A stretch of DNA of 35,688 nucleotides from the NCBI GenBank assembly GCA_030613605.1, contig JAUWLO010000002.1, positions 1 through 35,688 of the forward strand, given 5' to 3'. The DNA is from Gammaproteobacteria bacterium (GTDB lineage: Bacteria; Pseudomonadota; Gammaproteobacteria; SZUA-152). This document shows, piece after piece, positions 1 to 8,263 of this stretch; within the stretch, counting starts at the first letter, position 1, and the number at the start of each line of letters is the position of its first letter. Below the pieces are notes generated by a model. It saw only the letters and a program-made list of their open reading frames with translations, was not told the origin of the DNA and did not search any database. Both the position numbers and the translations under genes were made by a program.

Positions 1-84
1 GCTCCGTATTTCAATCGACGAAGTATACCATTTTTTGCTGCATAAAAGCTTAAAACAAAGCCAAAACAGGGCCTTAAATGGCTA

Positions 85-1158
85 TTAATCCAGCGTTTGA
101 ACCCTGCCCTGTTCCACGTGAAACACCCCGGCCTGGGAAAAATTTGCACCCTCAAACAGAGCTTTTTCGGTACCCGTCACAAAAATTTGGGCGCCCGTAT
201 TTTCCAGGGCATCCAGCAGCGCCTTGCGTTTATCAGAATCCAGCTCAGCGGGTAAATCGTCCACCAGTATCACTGTAGACGTGTCCTGTGATGCCATTTG
301 CTGGCATTGGGCCAGTACCAGGGTAGCCACCAGGAGTTTCTGTTGTCCGCGTGACAGGACATCACGCGCATCCTGGCTGCCAACCCGTAAGCGCATATCT
401 GCCCGGTGGGGTCCAAACTGGGTAAAACCTCTCTCTCTGTCGGAACCGTACTGTGCCGCCAGATAGTCCGGATAACACAAACCCTCTCGCCAGCCTCGTT
501 GATAAGTAACATCAACTTCGGGCAGGCCTTCAAAACCGTTTATTTTTTGCCCAATGAACACCTTTAAAGTTTCCAGATACTGGCTTCTGGCCCGATCAAG
601 GTTTTCTGCAGCTGCTGCGAGTTCAAAATCCCACTGTTTGATGGCCTTTTGGGACCACCGATCTCGTAGCGCAGCATTACGTTGCGCCAGAGCACGGCGG
701 AATGTCCGCCATATTGAACCAAATGCAGGTTCCACGTGAAACACGCCCCAGTCCATGAATTTTCGTCGGTATTCAGGGCCTTCTTCAACCAGACGATGTA
801 ATCCCGGTTCTAAAAGCGCTATGGGCTGTAGTTCTGTTAATTCTGAAAGGCTGTGTATAGGCTTGCCGGACAACCGTATCTGGCTACCCTTGTGGCTGCG
901 TTGCATACCAACAGTATGCTCTCTGCCTTTTTGCGTGATTTTGCCAACAACAGTGCATGCTTCACTATCCACCTGGATGAGTTTGTTGGTTTTATGGTTG
1001 CGGAATGATTTACCTCGACCGAGGCAATGAATGGCTTCAAGAAGACTGGTTTTACCACTGCCATTGTCGCCAAGGATGAAATTGAAGCCTTCCCTGGGTT
1101 CAATACTAACGTCGTTGAGATTTCTGAGTCCGTTAACCTCTAGCTTCAGAATGGCCAT
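85..1158 (-). CDS. recF: DNA replication and repair protein RecF
   Basis: 357-aa ORF. It has an N-terminal Walker A (GDNGSGKTSLLEA) and a C-terminal Walker-B-like ILVDDLPAELD. It lies 24 nt downstream of dnaN, in the canonical dnaA-dnaN-recF order. Confidence 0.95.
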   Translation of the reverse strand: MAILKLEVNGLRNLNDVSIEPREGFNFILGDNGSGKTSLLEAIHCLGRGKSFRNHKTNKLIQVDSEACTVVGKITQKGREHTVGMQRSHKGSQIRLSGKPIHSLSELTELQPIALLEPGLHRLVEEGPEYRRKFMDWGVFHVEPAFGSIWRTFRRALAQRNAALRDRWSQKAIKQWDFELAAAAENLDRARSQYLETLKVFIGQKINGFEGLPEVDVTYQRGWREGLCYPDYLAAQYGSDRERGFTQFGPHRADMRLRVGSQDARDVLSRGQQKLLVATLVLAQCQQMASQDTSTVILVDDLPAELDSDKRKALLDALENTGAQIFVTGTEKALFEGANFSQAGVFHVEQGRVQTLD

Positions 1159-1182
1159 TGGCCTGCCGTATTCGTCCTGATA

Positions 1183-2289
1183 CTACAGCCGCATAGGCAT
1201 AATAACGTAGGTACAGCTCTGGTCTTCCTGTGGATGTACCACACAACTGCTATTGGCATCCCCCAGTTCAAGCACCACCGTATCTTCCGTTACCGCACCG
1301 AGGGCATCCAGCAGATAGCTAACATTAAAGCCAATTTCTAACTCGGAACCCTCGTAATTAACTTCAATATCTTCTTCGGCCTCTTCCATTTCCGGGTTAT
1401 TGGCCTGGGCCTGCAATAAATTATTTTGCAACCGAAGGCGTATGCCGCGGTATTTTTCGTTGGATAAAATGGACGTACGCACCATGGCCTGTCGAATGGT
1501 TTCACGATTTGCAATAACCGTTTTGTCTGAATCTTTGGGAATGACCCTCTCATAATCAGGAAAGCGACCATCAATTAATTTTGAGGTAAATACAAAGTCG
1601 TTGAGGCTGATTTTTATGTGATTACTGCTAACCTGAACTTCAACCGCTTCTTCGCTGTCATCCAGCAATTTTACCAATTCCATGATTCCCTTACGTGGCA
1701 CGATCAATTGAATGGTTTCATCCGGGTGGACATCGCAATCGTAGGAACATAACGCCAGCCGATGCCCATCGGTGGCAACAGATTTAATCGTTCCGTCACT
1801 GATTTCAAGCAATAGGCCATTGAGATAATAACGAACATCTTGCTGTGCCATAGCAAAGCTGGTTTTTTCAATGAGTCGCTTTAAGGCCTTCTGAGGAAGA
1901 CTGAATGTAAACTGGGTATTAATTTCTTCAAGTCCAGGAAAATCAGATACCGGTAGTGTTGCAAGATTAAATCGACTTTTTCCTGAGCGAACTGTGACGC
2001 GTTGTTTCTCGTCATCCAGTAGGATGGTTAGTTCGGCATTATCGGGTAGTGCACGACAAATATCGGCAAATTTTCTTGCCGGAATGGTGATATCACCGTC
2101 CTCAGCAGATTCCAGTGACGTTTTAGCAACCATTTCAACTTCCAGATCAGTCGTTGTCATGGACAGGATTTTATTTTTTACAACCACCAAAATATTGGAT
2201 AACACCGGTAATGTTTGTCGACGTTCAACGACACCCACAATGGTTTGAAGTGGTTTAAGAATATCTTCCCTTTTGATAGAAAATTTCAT
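1183..2289 (-). CDS. dnaN: DNA polymerase III beta sliding clamp
   Basis: The ORF track starts at 2301 (MGHKMKF...). The clamp-like N-terminus MKFSIKREDILKPLQ begins at the ATG at 2289 and parallels E. coli MKFTVEREHLLKPLQ, giving 368 aa. Length and the C-terminal MPMRL are typical. Confidence 0.95.
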   Translation of the reverse strand: MKFSIKREDILKPLQTIVGVVERRQTLPVLSNILVVVKNKILSMTTTDLEVEMVAKTSLESAEDGDITIPARKFADICRALPDNAELTILLDDEKQRVTVRSGKSRFNLATLPVSDFPGLEEINTQFTFSLPQKALKRLIEKTSFAMAQQDVRYYLNGLLLEISDGTIKSVATDGHRLALCSYDCDVHPDETIQLIVPRKGIMELVKLLDDSEEAVEVQVSSNHIKISLNDFVFTSKLIDGRFPDYERVIPKDSDKTVIANRETIRQAMVRTSILSNEKYRGIRLRLQNNLLQAQANNPEMEEAEEDIEVNYEGSELEIGFNVSYLLDALGAVTEDTVVLELGDANSSCVVHPQEDQSCTYVIMPMRL

Positions 2290-2310
2290 TTTATGTCCCA
2301 TGTTCTCTAT

Positions 2311-2334
2311 TTAATTAAATATATAAATAATAAC
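2311..2334. other. AT-rich tract (possible DNA unwinding element)
   Basis: ttaattaaatatataaataataac: 23 of 24 positions are A/T. It lies directly between the trinucleotide array and the dnaN start. Confidence 0.45.
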
Positions 2335-2352
2335 TTATTATTATTATTATTA
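2335..2352 (-). repeat. (TTA)6 trinucleotide array, read as (TAA)6 on the minus strand; DnaA-trio-like
   Basis: Six uninterrupted TTA units counted at 2335-2352. On the dnaA/dnaN coding strand they read 5'-TAA-3' x6, i.e. 3'-AAT-5', which fits the DnaA-trio consensus 3'-(G/A)AT-5'. Confidence 0.5.
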
Positions 2353-2366
2353 GGGTTACACACATC

Positions 2367-2375
2367 TGTGGATAA
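2367..2375 (-). promoter_or_regulatory. DnaA box, perfect consensus (TTATCCACA on the minus strand)
   Basis: The plus strand reads TGTGGATAA. The box is 14 nt from the (TTA)6 array. Confidence 0.7.
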
Positions 2376-2454
2376 CACATTTTTTATGTTATATTTCAAT
2401 ATGTTATCTAGTATAATAAAAGCTTTATAAGCCTTGTAAAATACTGGATTAAAC

Positions 2455-2463
2455 TGTTGATAA
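2455..2463 (-). promoter_or_regulatory. DnaA box, one mismatch (plus strand TGTTGATAA)
   Basis: One mismatch to TGTGGATAA. It sits in tandem with the next box, 2 nt away. Confidence 0.45.
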
Positions 2464-2465
2464 AA

Positions 2466-2474
2466 TGTGAATAA
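2466..2474 (-). promoter_or_regulatory. DnaA box (plus strand TGTGAATAA = TTATTCACA)
   Basis: Fits the relaxed consensus TTWTNCACA. Confidence 0.55.
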
Positions 2475-2500
2475 CTCCCTGTTTTATGGTTTAGAAGCGT

Positions 2501-2509
2501 TTATCCACA
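2501..2509 (+). promoter_or_regulatory. DnaA box, perfect consensus TTATCCACA
   Basis: Exact 9-mer on the plus strand. Confidence 0.7.
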
Positions 2510-2588
2510 ATTTATTCATATTAAACTGACACCTTTTTAACACCTTTACAGGCTCTTTTTTAGTCCATTTTACTGGCGTTCATATGTC

Positions 2589-3929
2589 TTAGCTGGACAA
2601 TGTTCTCATGAGGTTTGAGTAATCTTCCATGATACGTGGCTCACTAATTTTAAGTTCTTCAATTTTACGGCAGGCGTGTAACACCGTTGTGTGATCTCTG
2701 CCGCCAAAAGCATCACCAATTTCTGGCAGGCTATGGTTAGTCAGCTCTTTGGCTATCGACATGGCTATTTGCCGGGGTCTGGTAATTGAACGTGTGCGTT
2801 TTTTTGATAATAAATCAGATACTCGAATCTTAAAATATTCTGCCACAGTTTTCTGAATATTTTCGATTGTGACAAGTTTGTCATGCAATGCAATTAAATC
2901 TTTTAGAGCCAGTTTGGTAAATTCTACGGTAATGGGTTGTCCGGTGAAATTGGCGTTGGCTGTCACACGTCGCAAAGCCCCCTCAAGCTCCCGGATATTG
3001 GAGCGAATACGATTGGCAATAAAGAAAGCGACCTCCTGGGGTAATTCAACACCCAGCTGGTTGGCTTTGGACATGAGGATAGCGACACGTGTTTCAAGCT
3101 CTGGTGGCTCAATGGCCATGGCCAGGCCCCAGCCAAGACGTGATTTTAGTCGTTCATCAAGCCCAGAAACCTCTTTTGCATAACGATCGCAGGTCAGAAT
3201 GATTTGTTGATGACCTTCAAGTAGGGAATTGAATGTATGAAAAAACTCTTCCTGAGAGCGTTCTTTGCCGGCAAAGAACTGAATATCGTCGATTAACAAA
3301 GCGTTAACAGAGCGGTAATAGCGCTTAAATTCATCAATAGTATTGGTACGTAAGCCTTTTACCATATCCTGCACAAAACGTTCCGAGTGCAGGTAAACAA
3401 CCTTTGCGGTTGGGTCTCTCTCAACAATCATATTACCCACGGCATGCATCAGGTGAGTTTTGCCCAAACCGACGCCACCATAGATAAATAATGGGTTGTA
3501 GGCACCGCCGGGATTTTCACCTACCTGAATGGCAGCGGCTCTTGCGAGCTGATTGGATTTACCCTCGACAAAATTATCAAAGGTTGCATTGGTGTTTAGG
3601 CCACTATTGTGAGTAACGCTGCTAGTGACGTCCCTGCTGCGCCGGACTTCTCGTACAGAAGATTGATTGAGGGTGTTTGCCTGGTTGATGGGGCTGGATG
3701 CGCCAATTTCGAGTTTTACAGTCAGTTGAGGGTCTTTATGGCCAATTTCCTCAATAACCTCGTTGATTCTGGCCAGTAGACGACTATTTACCCAGTCCAG
3801 CACAAATTGATTGGGTGCCAACAGGCGCAGCACGGACCCATCCTCTATAGCCTGTAATGGGCGGATCCAGGTATTGAACTGTTGAATGGTGAGTTCAGTT
3901 TCAAGGCGATCAAGACATTGTTGCCACAT
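2589..3929 (-). CDS. dnaA: Chromosomal replication initiator protein DnaA
   Basis: It has Walker [14 protein letters not shown], Walker [13 protein letters not shown] and the C-terminal DNA-binding signature [12 protein letters not shown]. The track ORF starts at 3989, but the DnaA-like N-terminus [13 protein letters not shown] (compare E. coli ..LWQQCLARLQDEL) starts at the ATG at 3929. A TTG at 3935 preceded by GGGGA is an alternative start. Confidence 0.95.
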   Translation of the reverse strand: MWQQCLDRLETELTIQQFNTWIRPLQAIEDGSVLRLLAPNQFVLDWVNSRLLARINEVIEEIGHKDPQLTVKLEIGASSPINQANTLNQSSVREVRRSRDVTSSVTHNSGLNTNATFDNFVEGKSNQLARAAAIQVGENPGGAYNPLFIYGGVGLGKTHLMHAVGNMIVERDPTAKVVYLHSERFVQDMVKGLRTNTIDEFKRYYRSVNALLIDDIQFFAGKERSQEEFFHTFNSLLEGHQQIILTCDRYAKEVSGLDERLKSRLGWGLAMAIEPPELETRVAILMSKANQLGVELPQEVAFFIANRIRSNIRELEGALRRVTANANFTGQPITVEFTKLALKDLIALHDKLVTIENIQKTVAEYFKIRVSDLLSKKRTRSITRPRQIAMSIAKELTNHSLPEIGDAFGGRDHTTVLHACRKIEELKISEPRIMEDYSNLMRTLSS

Positions 3930-4058
3930 TGACAAAGGAATTCCCCAAAAACAGTAATATTGACAACTCTGAGGGCATATAATGGCCAAGCTGACCTATA
4001 ATAGGTGTCCAAAGCAGAGATGTGAAAAGAGCACCGAGTCTACCCCTGCCAGAAAAAG

Positions 4059-4067
4059 TTATCCACA
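4059..4067 (+). promoter_or_regulatory. DnaA box, perfect consensus TTATCCACA, in the dnaA/rpmH divergent region
   Basis: Exact 9-mer. A degenerate inverted copy (cgtggacaa) follows at 4070-4078. The position upstream of dnaA fits the usual autoregulatory arrangement. Confidence 0.6.
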
Positions 4068-4111
4068 CCCGTGGACAAATATTTTTTACAGCAGTGAATC
4101 CATCTAATAGC

Positions 4112-4141
4112 TTGACATGCTGGGCTTTTTCGCAGTATTCT
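4112..4141 (+). promoter_or_regulatory. Putative sigma70 promoter of rpmH
   Basis: -35 TTGACA (4112-4117), 18-nt spacer, -10 TATTCT (4136-4141), about 60 nt upstream of the rpmH ATG. Confidence 0.4.
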
Positions 4142-4203
4142 GCGCCGCTTTTTACCAGTTTCGGTAACCGTTTGGTGACCGACATAACAAGACGGACAGT
4201 ACA

Positions 4204-4338
4204 ATGAAAAGAACATTCCAACCCAGCAATCTTCGCCGTAGTCGCACCCATGGTTTTCGGGCGCGTATGTCTACTAAAGCCGGCCGTAGAATTATTAATG
4301 CTCGTCGTGCAAAAGGCCGCAAACGCCTTTCTGCATAA
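4204..4338 (+). CDS. rpmH: 50S ribosomal protein L34
   Basis: Absent from the ORF track because it is under 60 aa. Hand translation gives [44 protein letters not shown] (44 aa), the near-invariant L34 sequence. It lies upstream of rnpA as usual. Confidence 0.97.
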   Translation: MKRTFQPSNLRRSRTHGFRARMSTKAGRRIINARRAKGRKRLSA

Positions 4339-4468
4339 AAAAGATGTCATAAGCAAAGCCAGTTCAACAAATCGTTTATCGATTATAAAAGTGTATATTT
4401 TCACCGCTTTTTGAGAGTAACCCTGGTTGGTTCTTAGAGGACATGAAAAGATCGTCCTACAGGTAGCT

Positions 4469-4852
4469 GTGAATTCAGAGTTGACCACGGTATTGAATAA
4501 GGAAGGATTTACATTCCCACGTCATATTCGGCTTCTAAGCAGCCGTGACTTTCAGGCCGTGTTTCGTGACAAATCCAGCCGCTCATCCGATCAAAGATGG
4601 ACTTTGCTGGTTCGCCCCAACAAGCTTGAAGATGCCCGGCTTGGGTTGGCGATTAGCAAGCGTGTATTGAAACATGCGGTTGATCGAAATCGAATTAAAC
4701 GCATAGTGCGTGAAAGTTTTCGATACCATCAACAAGAATTGTGTGGTCTGGATATTGTTGTAATGTGCAGAGATGAAGTTAAGCAGATGACAAACGAAGA
4801 TCTATTTGATTCACTCAATAAACATTGGCGACGAGTAAGCAACCATGCGTAA
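4469..4852 (+). CDS. rnpA: Ribonuclease P protein component
   Basis: [19 protein letters not shown] and [13 protein letters not shown] match the RnpA N-terminus and RNR motif. There is no in-frame ATG. Candidate starts are TTG 4427 (track), GTG 4469 (AGG 5 nt upstream) and TTG 4493 (gives 119 aa, like E. coli). The 5' end is uncertain. Confidence 0.85.
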   Translation: MNSELTTVLNKEGFTFPRHIRLLSSRDFQAVFRDKSSRSSDQRWTLLVRPNKLEDARLGLAISKRVLKHAVDRNRIKRIVRESFRYHQQELCGLDIVVMCRDEVKQMTNEDLFDSLNKHWRRVSNHA

Positions 4853-5099
4853 AATTTTGGTTTTATTCATTCGTGCTTACCAATATTTGATCAGTCCACT
4901 ACTTGGTCCACATTGCCGTTTTTATCCGACATGCTCCAGTTATGCCCAGACAGCCATAGAGTGTCATGGCGTTATCCGAGGTGGCTGGCTTTCGTTGCGA
5001 CGTATATGTCGTTGCCATCCCTGGCATGTTGGTGGTGAAGACCCGGTTCCTGAGGTTGATGGTGGACGTAAACATAATTGTCGATCGTGCGACGGCTAA
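4845..5099 (+). CDS. yidD: Membrane protein insertion efficiency factor YidD
   Basis: 84 aa with [27 protein letters not shown] and [13 protein letters not shown]. It overlaps the rnpA stop by 8 nt. Confidence 0.92.
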   Translation: MRKILVLFIRAYQYLISPLLGPHCRFYPTCSSYAQTAIECHGVIRGGWLSLRRICRCHPWHVGGEDPVPEVDGGRKHNCRSCDG

Positions 5100-5137
5100 T
5101 TTAACTATATAACCTTTAATTTTAAGTAAAAATAATA

Positions 5138-6853
5138 ATGGATAATCAAAAACTCATTCTGTTTATAGCCTTGTCTCTGGTTATTCTAATGATATTCAGC
5201 GCCTGGGAGGAACAATCCCAGGAGTTTCAGGAGCAACAGACCAGGTCTGAAATGGTATCCAACCTGCCCGCGGACATACCGTCTACCAACGTAAGCGCAA
5301 ATGAACCCAATATCCAGGCTCCCAATGCAGCGGATGTTCCCAATGTTCCCCAAAATGCATCTGTTGCGAAACCTGCAGAAGGTGTGAAAGCAACATCAGG
5401 AAATACGATGGGTGTTGTTTCGCTTGGGAAGCAGCTTTTTGTGCAAACCGATAGTCTGCATGTTGAAATTAATACGGCGGGTGGTGAAATTACTCGCGTG
5501 AGTTTACCTACCTACCCTGTTGCATTAGATAAACCAGACGAGCCTTTTCAGTTATTGAATAATCGGTTGCCTAATGTTTTTGTTGCACAATCAGGATTGC
5601 TGGCCTCTCAGGGTTCGGCGCCTGATCACCATGCCATGTTTAACGCAGACAAAACCGAATACCAACTTGCTGATGGCGAAGACGAGCTTAAGGTGCGTTT
5701 GTTCTGGACTGGCGAGGATGGCCTTAAGGTTATAAAGACTTATACCTTCGAGCGTGGCAGTTTTGTCATCAATCTGGATGTTGAGGTTCAAAACACAACT
5801 CGGCAGATCTGGAAAGGTCGGGTTTATCGTCAGTTCCAACGAACTGAAATGGCACGTGAATCGTATTTTATCTACACCTATACCGGTGGTGTTGTCTCGA
5901 GCAGCTGGGATCCTTATGAAAAAGTTGAATTCGGTGACATGGCAGACTGGAAGCCGGAGCAAAGTTACAACAAGGGCGGCTGGGTGGCCATGTTGCAACA
6001 TTATTTCCTGAGTGCCTGGATACCGGCCACCGATGAAGCTAACCATTTTTACACCAAAGCCCTGGCCGATGGTCGCTTCATGTTGGGTTTGTCCAGTGAA
6101 GAACGCAGCGTTGTACCCGGTAGCAGCATCAATTTTGCGACCAAGTTATACGCGGGCCCCAAAGATCAGCTTCGTCTGGAAGAGATTGAACCTAATTTGC
6201 GGTTGACCGTTGACTACGGTGTGCTGGATATTCTATCCAAGCCCCTGTTCTGGTTAATGTCCAAGATTCAAAGTTATGTCGGCAACTGGGGTCTGGCGAT
6301 TATTGCCATTACCATCCTTATTAAGATGATTTTCTTTCCTTTGTCTGCCGCAAGTTACAAAAGCATGGCCAACATGCGCCGTTTGTCGCCAAAGCTAAAA
6401 GCTCTTAAAGAGCGTTATGGTGATGACCGCCAAAAGATGAGCCAAGCCATGATGAAGATTTACAAGGAAGAGAAAATTAATCCTTTGGGCGGCTGTTTGC
6501 CCATTCTGGTGCAAATCCCTGTGTTTATCGCCCTGTACTGGGTTTTACTGGAAAGCGTGGAAATGCGTCAGGCGCCGTTCTACCTGTGGATAGACGATTT
6601 ATCGCATAAAGACCCCTATTACGTATTGCCGTTATTAATGGGCATAAGCATGTTCGTGCAACAAAAATTGAATCCACCGCCGATGGATCCGGTACAGCAA
6701 AAAGTGATGCAGGCACTGCCATTTATTTTTACGGCGTTTTTCGCCTTTTTCCCGGCTGGTCTGGTGCTTTACTGGGTGGTGAACAACCTTTTGTCGATTT
6801 CCCAGCAGTGGTATATCACCAAAAAAATTGAAGATCAGGCCGGTAAGGCTTGA
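5138..6853 (+). CDS. yidC: Membrane protein insertase YidC
   Basis: 571 aa. It has an N-terminal TM segment, a large periplasmic domain and a C-terminal 60-kDa insertase core (GGCLPILVQIPVFIALYWVL). It follows yidD. Confidence 0.95.
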   Translation: MDNQKLILFIALSLVILMIFSAWEEQSQEFQEQQTRSEMVSNLPADIPSTNVSANEPNIQAPNAADVPNVPQNASVAKPAEGVKATSGNTMGVVSLGKQLFVQTDSLHVEINTAGGEITRVSLPTYPVALDKPDEPFQLLNNRLPNVFVAQSGLLASQGSAPDHHAMFNADKTEYQLADGEDELKVRLFWTGEDGLKVIKTYTFERGSFVINLDVEVQNTTRQIWKGRVYRQFQRTEMARESYFIYTYTGGVVSSSWDPYEKVEFGDMADWKPEQSYNKGGWVAMLQHYFLSAWIPATDEANHFYTKALADGRFMLGLSSEERSVVPGSSINFATKLYAGPKDQLRLEEIEPNLRLTVDYGVLDILSKPLFWLMSKIQSYVGNWGLAIIAITILIKMIFFPLSAASYKSMANMRRLSPKLKALKERYGDDRQKMSQAMMKIYKEEKINPLGGCLPILVQIPVFIALYWVLLESVEMRQAPFYLWIDDLSHKDPYYVLPLLMGISMFVQQKLNPPPMDPVQQKVMQALPFIFTAFFAFFPAGLVLYWVVNNLLSISQQWYITKKIEDQAGKA

Positions 6854-6874
6854 TCTTATCCCTCCTGGCGGCGA

Positions 6875-8257
6875 ATGATGGGTGCCCCACAAGCAACTAA
6901 CACTGACACGATTGCTGCTTTAGCTACTGCCCCGGGCCGAGGCGGCATTGGCATCATTCGCATTTCCGGCATCCTGGCATCAAAAATAGCAAAAAAAGTA
7001 CTGGGACAGATTCCCCCCCCGCGACAGGCTGAATATCTGCCTTATCTGGATGAGTTGGGCGAGACACTGGATGTTGGACTGGCCTTGTATTTTCCCGCAC
7101 CGAATTCTTTTACCGGTGAAGATGTTCTGGAGTTGCAAGGGCATGGTGGCCCGGTGGTCATGGATCTCTTGCTCAAAAGAGTTTATGGCCTTGGGGCCCG
7201 GCCCGCTCGTCCGGGTGAATTTTCAGAGCGGGCTTTTCTCAATAACAAAATGGACCTTACTCAGGCCGAAGCTGTTGCCGACCTTATTGATTGTGCCTCG
7301 GAACAGGCGGCACGTCTGGCGGTCCGATCATTACAGGGTGAATTTTCCAAGCGGGTGCATGATTTGGTGAGGTTAATCACGGAACTGCGCGTGTATGTTG
7401 AGTCTGCCATTGATTTCCCCGAAGAGGAGATTGATTTTCTTGCCGACGGACAGGTTGGCTCTCGATTGGCTGATGTACAGCAAGTATTGAGGAATACTCA
7501 GCAGGCAGCCCATCAGGGCAATTTATTAAGAGAAGGCATGACGGTGGTGATTGCCGGGCGACCCAACGCGGGTAAGTCCACCTTGCTAAACGCTTTAGCT
7601 GAGCGAGAAACCGCAATAGTAACCAGTGTGCCGGGAACCACCCGAGATATTTTGCGGGAACATATACAAATCGATGGTTTGCCATTACATATTATTGATA
7701 CGGCCGGATTGCGTGAAAGCGAGGATCCTGTAGAGCAGGAAGGCGTGCGCCGTGCATGGAAGGAAATAGAAAGTGCTGACCGCATTCTTTTGTTGCATGA
7801 TATTACCCAGGCCTTTGATGAACATGAACAAGAATTGCAAGAGTCATTATTGAAAGCAGGTCCACCAATGACGCTGGTGTTGAGCAAAGTGGATAAAATC
7901 GACAAAGCAAAAAGTAAAATTGACGAGGTTATTGCCGATTCAGTTGTGGAAGAAATTCGGGTATCTGCACAAACTGGAAAAGGTTTAAAGCAATTGAAAG
8001 ACCACCTGAAACAATGTGTTGGTTACCAGTCGGGCGGTGAAGGACAATTCATGGCAAGGCGGCGTCATCTGGAGGCGTTGAAACAGGCAAGCCAGCATCT
8101 GGAACAAGGCGCGAAGCAACTAAAGGAATTTTCGGCAGGAGAAATTTTGGCGGAAGAATTGCGTTTGGCACAACAGGTATTGGGGGGAATTACCGGTGAA
8201 GTGACTGCCGATGATTTACTCGGAGAAATTTTTTCCAGTTTTTGTATTGGCAAGTAA
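6875..8257 (+). CDS. mnmE: tRNA modification GTPase MnmE (TrmE)
   Basis: N-terminal [22 protein letters not shown]-domain [14 protein letters not shown] and DTAGLR, and a C-terminal CIGK tetrapeptide. Confidence 0.95.
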   Translation: MMGAPQATNTDTIAALATAPGRGGIGIIRISGILASKIAKKVLGQIPPPRQAEYLPYLDELGETLDVGLALYFPAPNSFTGEDVLELQGHGGPVVMDLLLKRVYGLGARPARPGEFSERAFLNNKMDLTQAEAVADLIDCASEQAARLAVRSLQGEFSKRVHDLVRLITELRVYVESAIDFPEEEIDFLADGQVGSRLADVQQVLRNTQQAAHQGNLLREGMTVVIAGRPNAGKSTLLNALAERETAIVTSVPGTTRDILREHIQIDGLPLHIIDTAGLRESEDPVEQEGVRRAWKEIESADRILLLHDITQAFDEHEQELQESLLKAGPPMTLVLSKVDKIDKAKSKIDEVIADSVVEEIRVSAQTGKGLKQLKDHLKQCVGYQSGGEGQFMARRRHLEALKQASQHLEQGAKQLKEFSAGEILAEELRLAQQVLGGITGEVTADDLLGEIFSSFCIGK

Positions 8258-8263
8258 CTGTAG

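Larger units (their letters stand above)
2302..2588. other. Candidate chromosomal replication origin (oriC / incC-like) in the dnaA-dnaN spacer
   Basis: A spacer of about 290-300 bp between the dnaA stop and the dnaN start. It contains two perfect and at least two near-consensus DnaA boxes, a (TTA)6 array and a nearly pure A/T tract. See findings. Confidence 0.55.

Noticed and set aside
1-84. Expected start of gyrB downstream of recF on the minus strand
   Set aside because: Only 84 nt are available. The ATGs present (43 and 31 on the minus strand) run into a stop after about 10 codons. The frame reading ..KKWYTSSIEIRS only vaguely resembles a GyrB N-terminus and has no credible start codon. 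It cannot be supported from this window.
78-278. 66-aa plus-strand ORF at the window start, and other short ORFs overlapping recF and dnaN
   Set aside because: They are antisense to or overlapping the well-supported recF and dnaN genes, with Pro/Arg-rich shadow-frame composition.
3910-4488. 192-aa minus-strand ORF spanning the dnaA-rpmH-rnpA region
   Set aside because: It lies antisense to the unmistakable rpmH gene, crosses the divergent promoter and DnaA-box region, and has no recognisable motifs. It is a shadow ORF.
7013-7020. C8 homopolymer inside mnmE as a possible slipped-strand phase-variation tract
   Set aside because: It encodes an in-frame IPPPR segment of an otherwise intact, conserved housekeeping GTPase. 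Nothing else suggests contingency-locus behaviour. At most it is an EF-P-dependent polyproline site.
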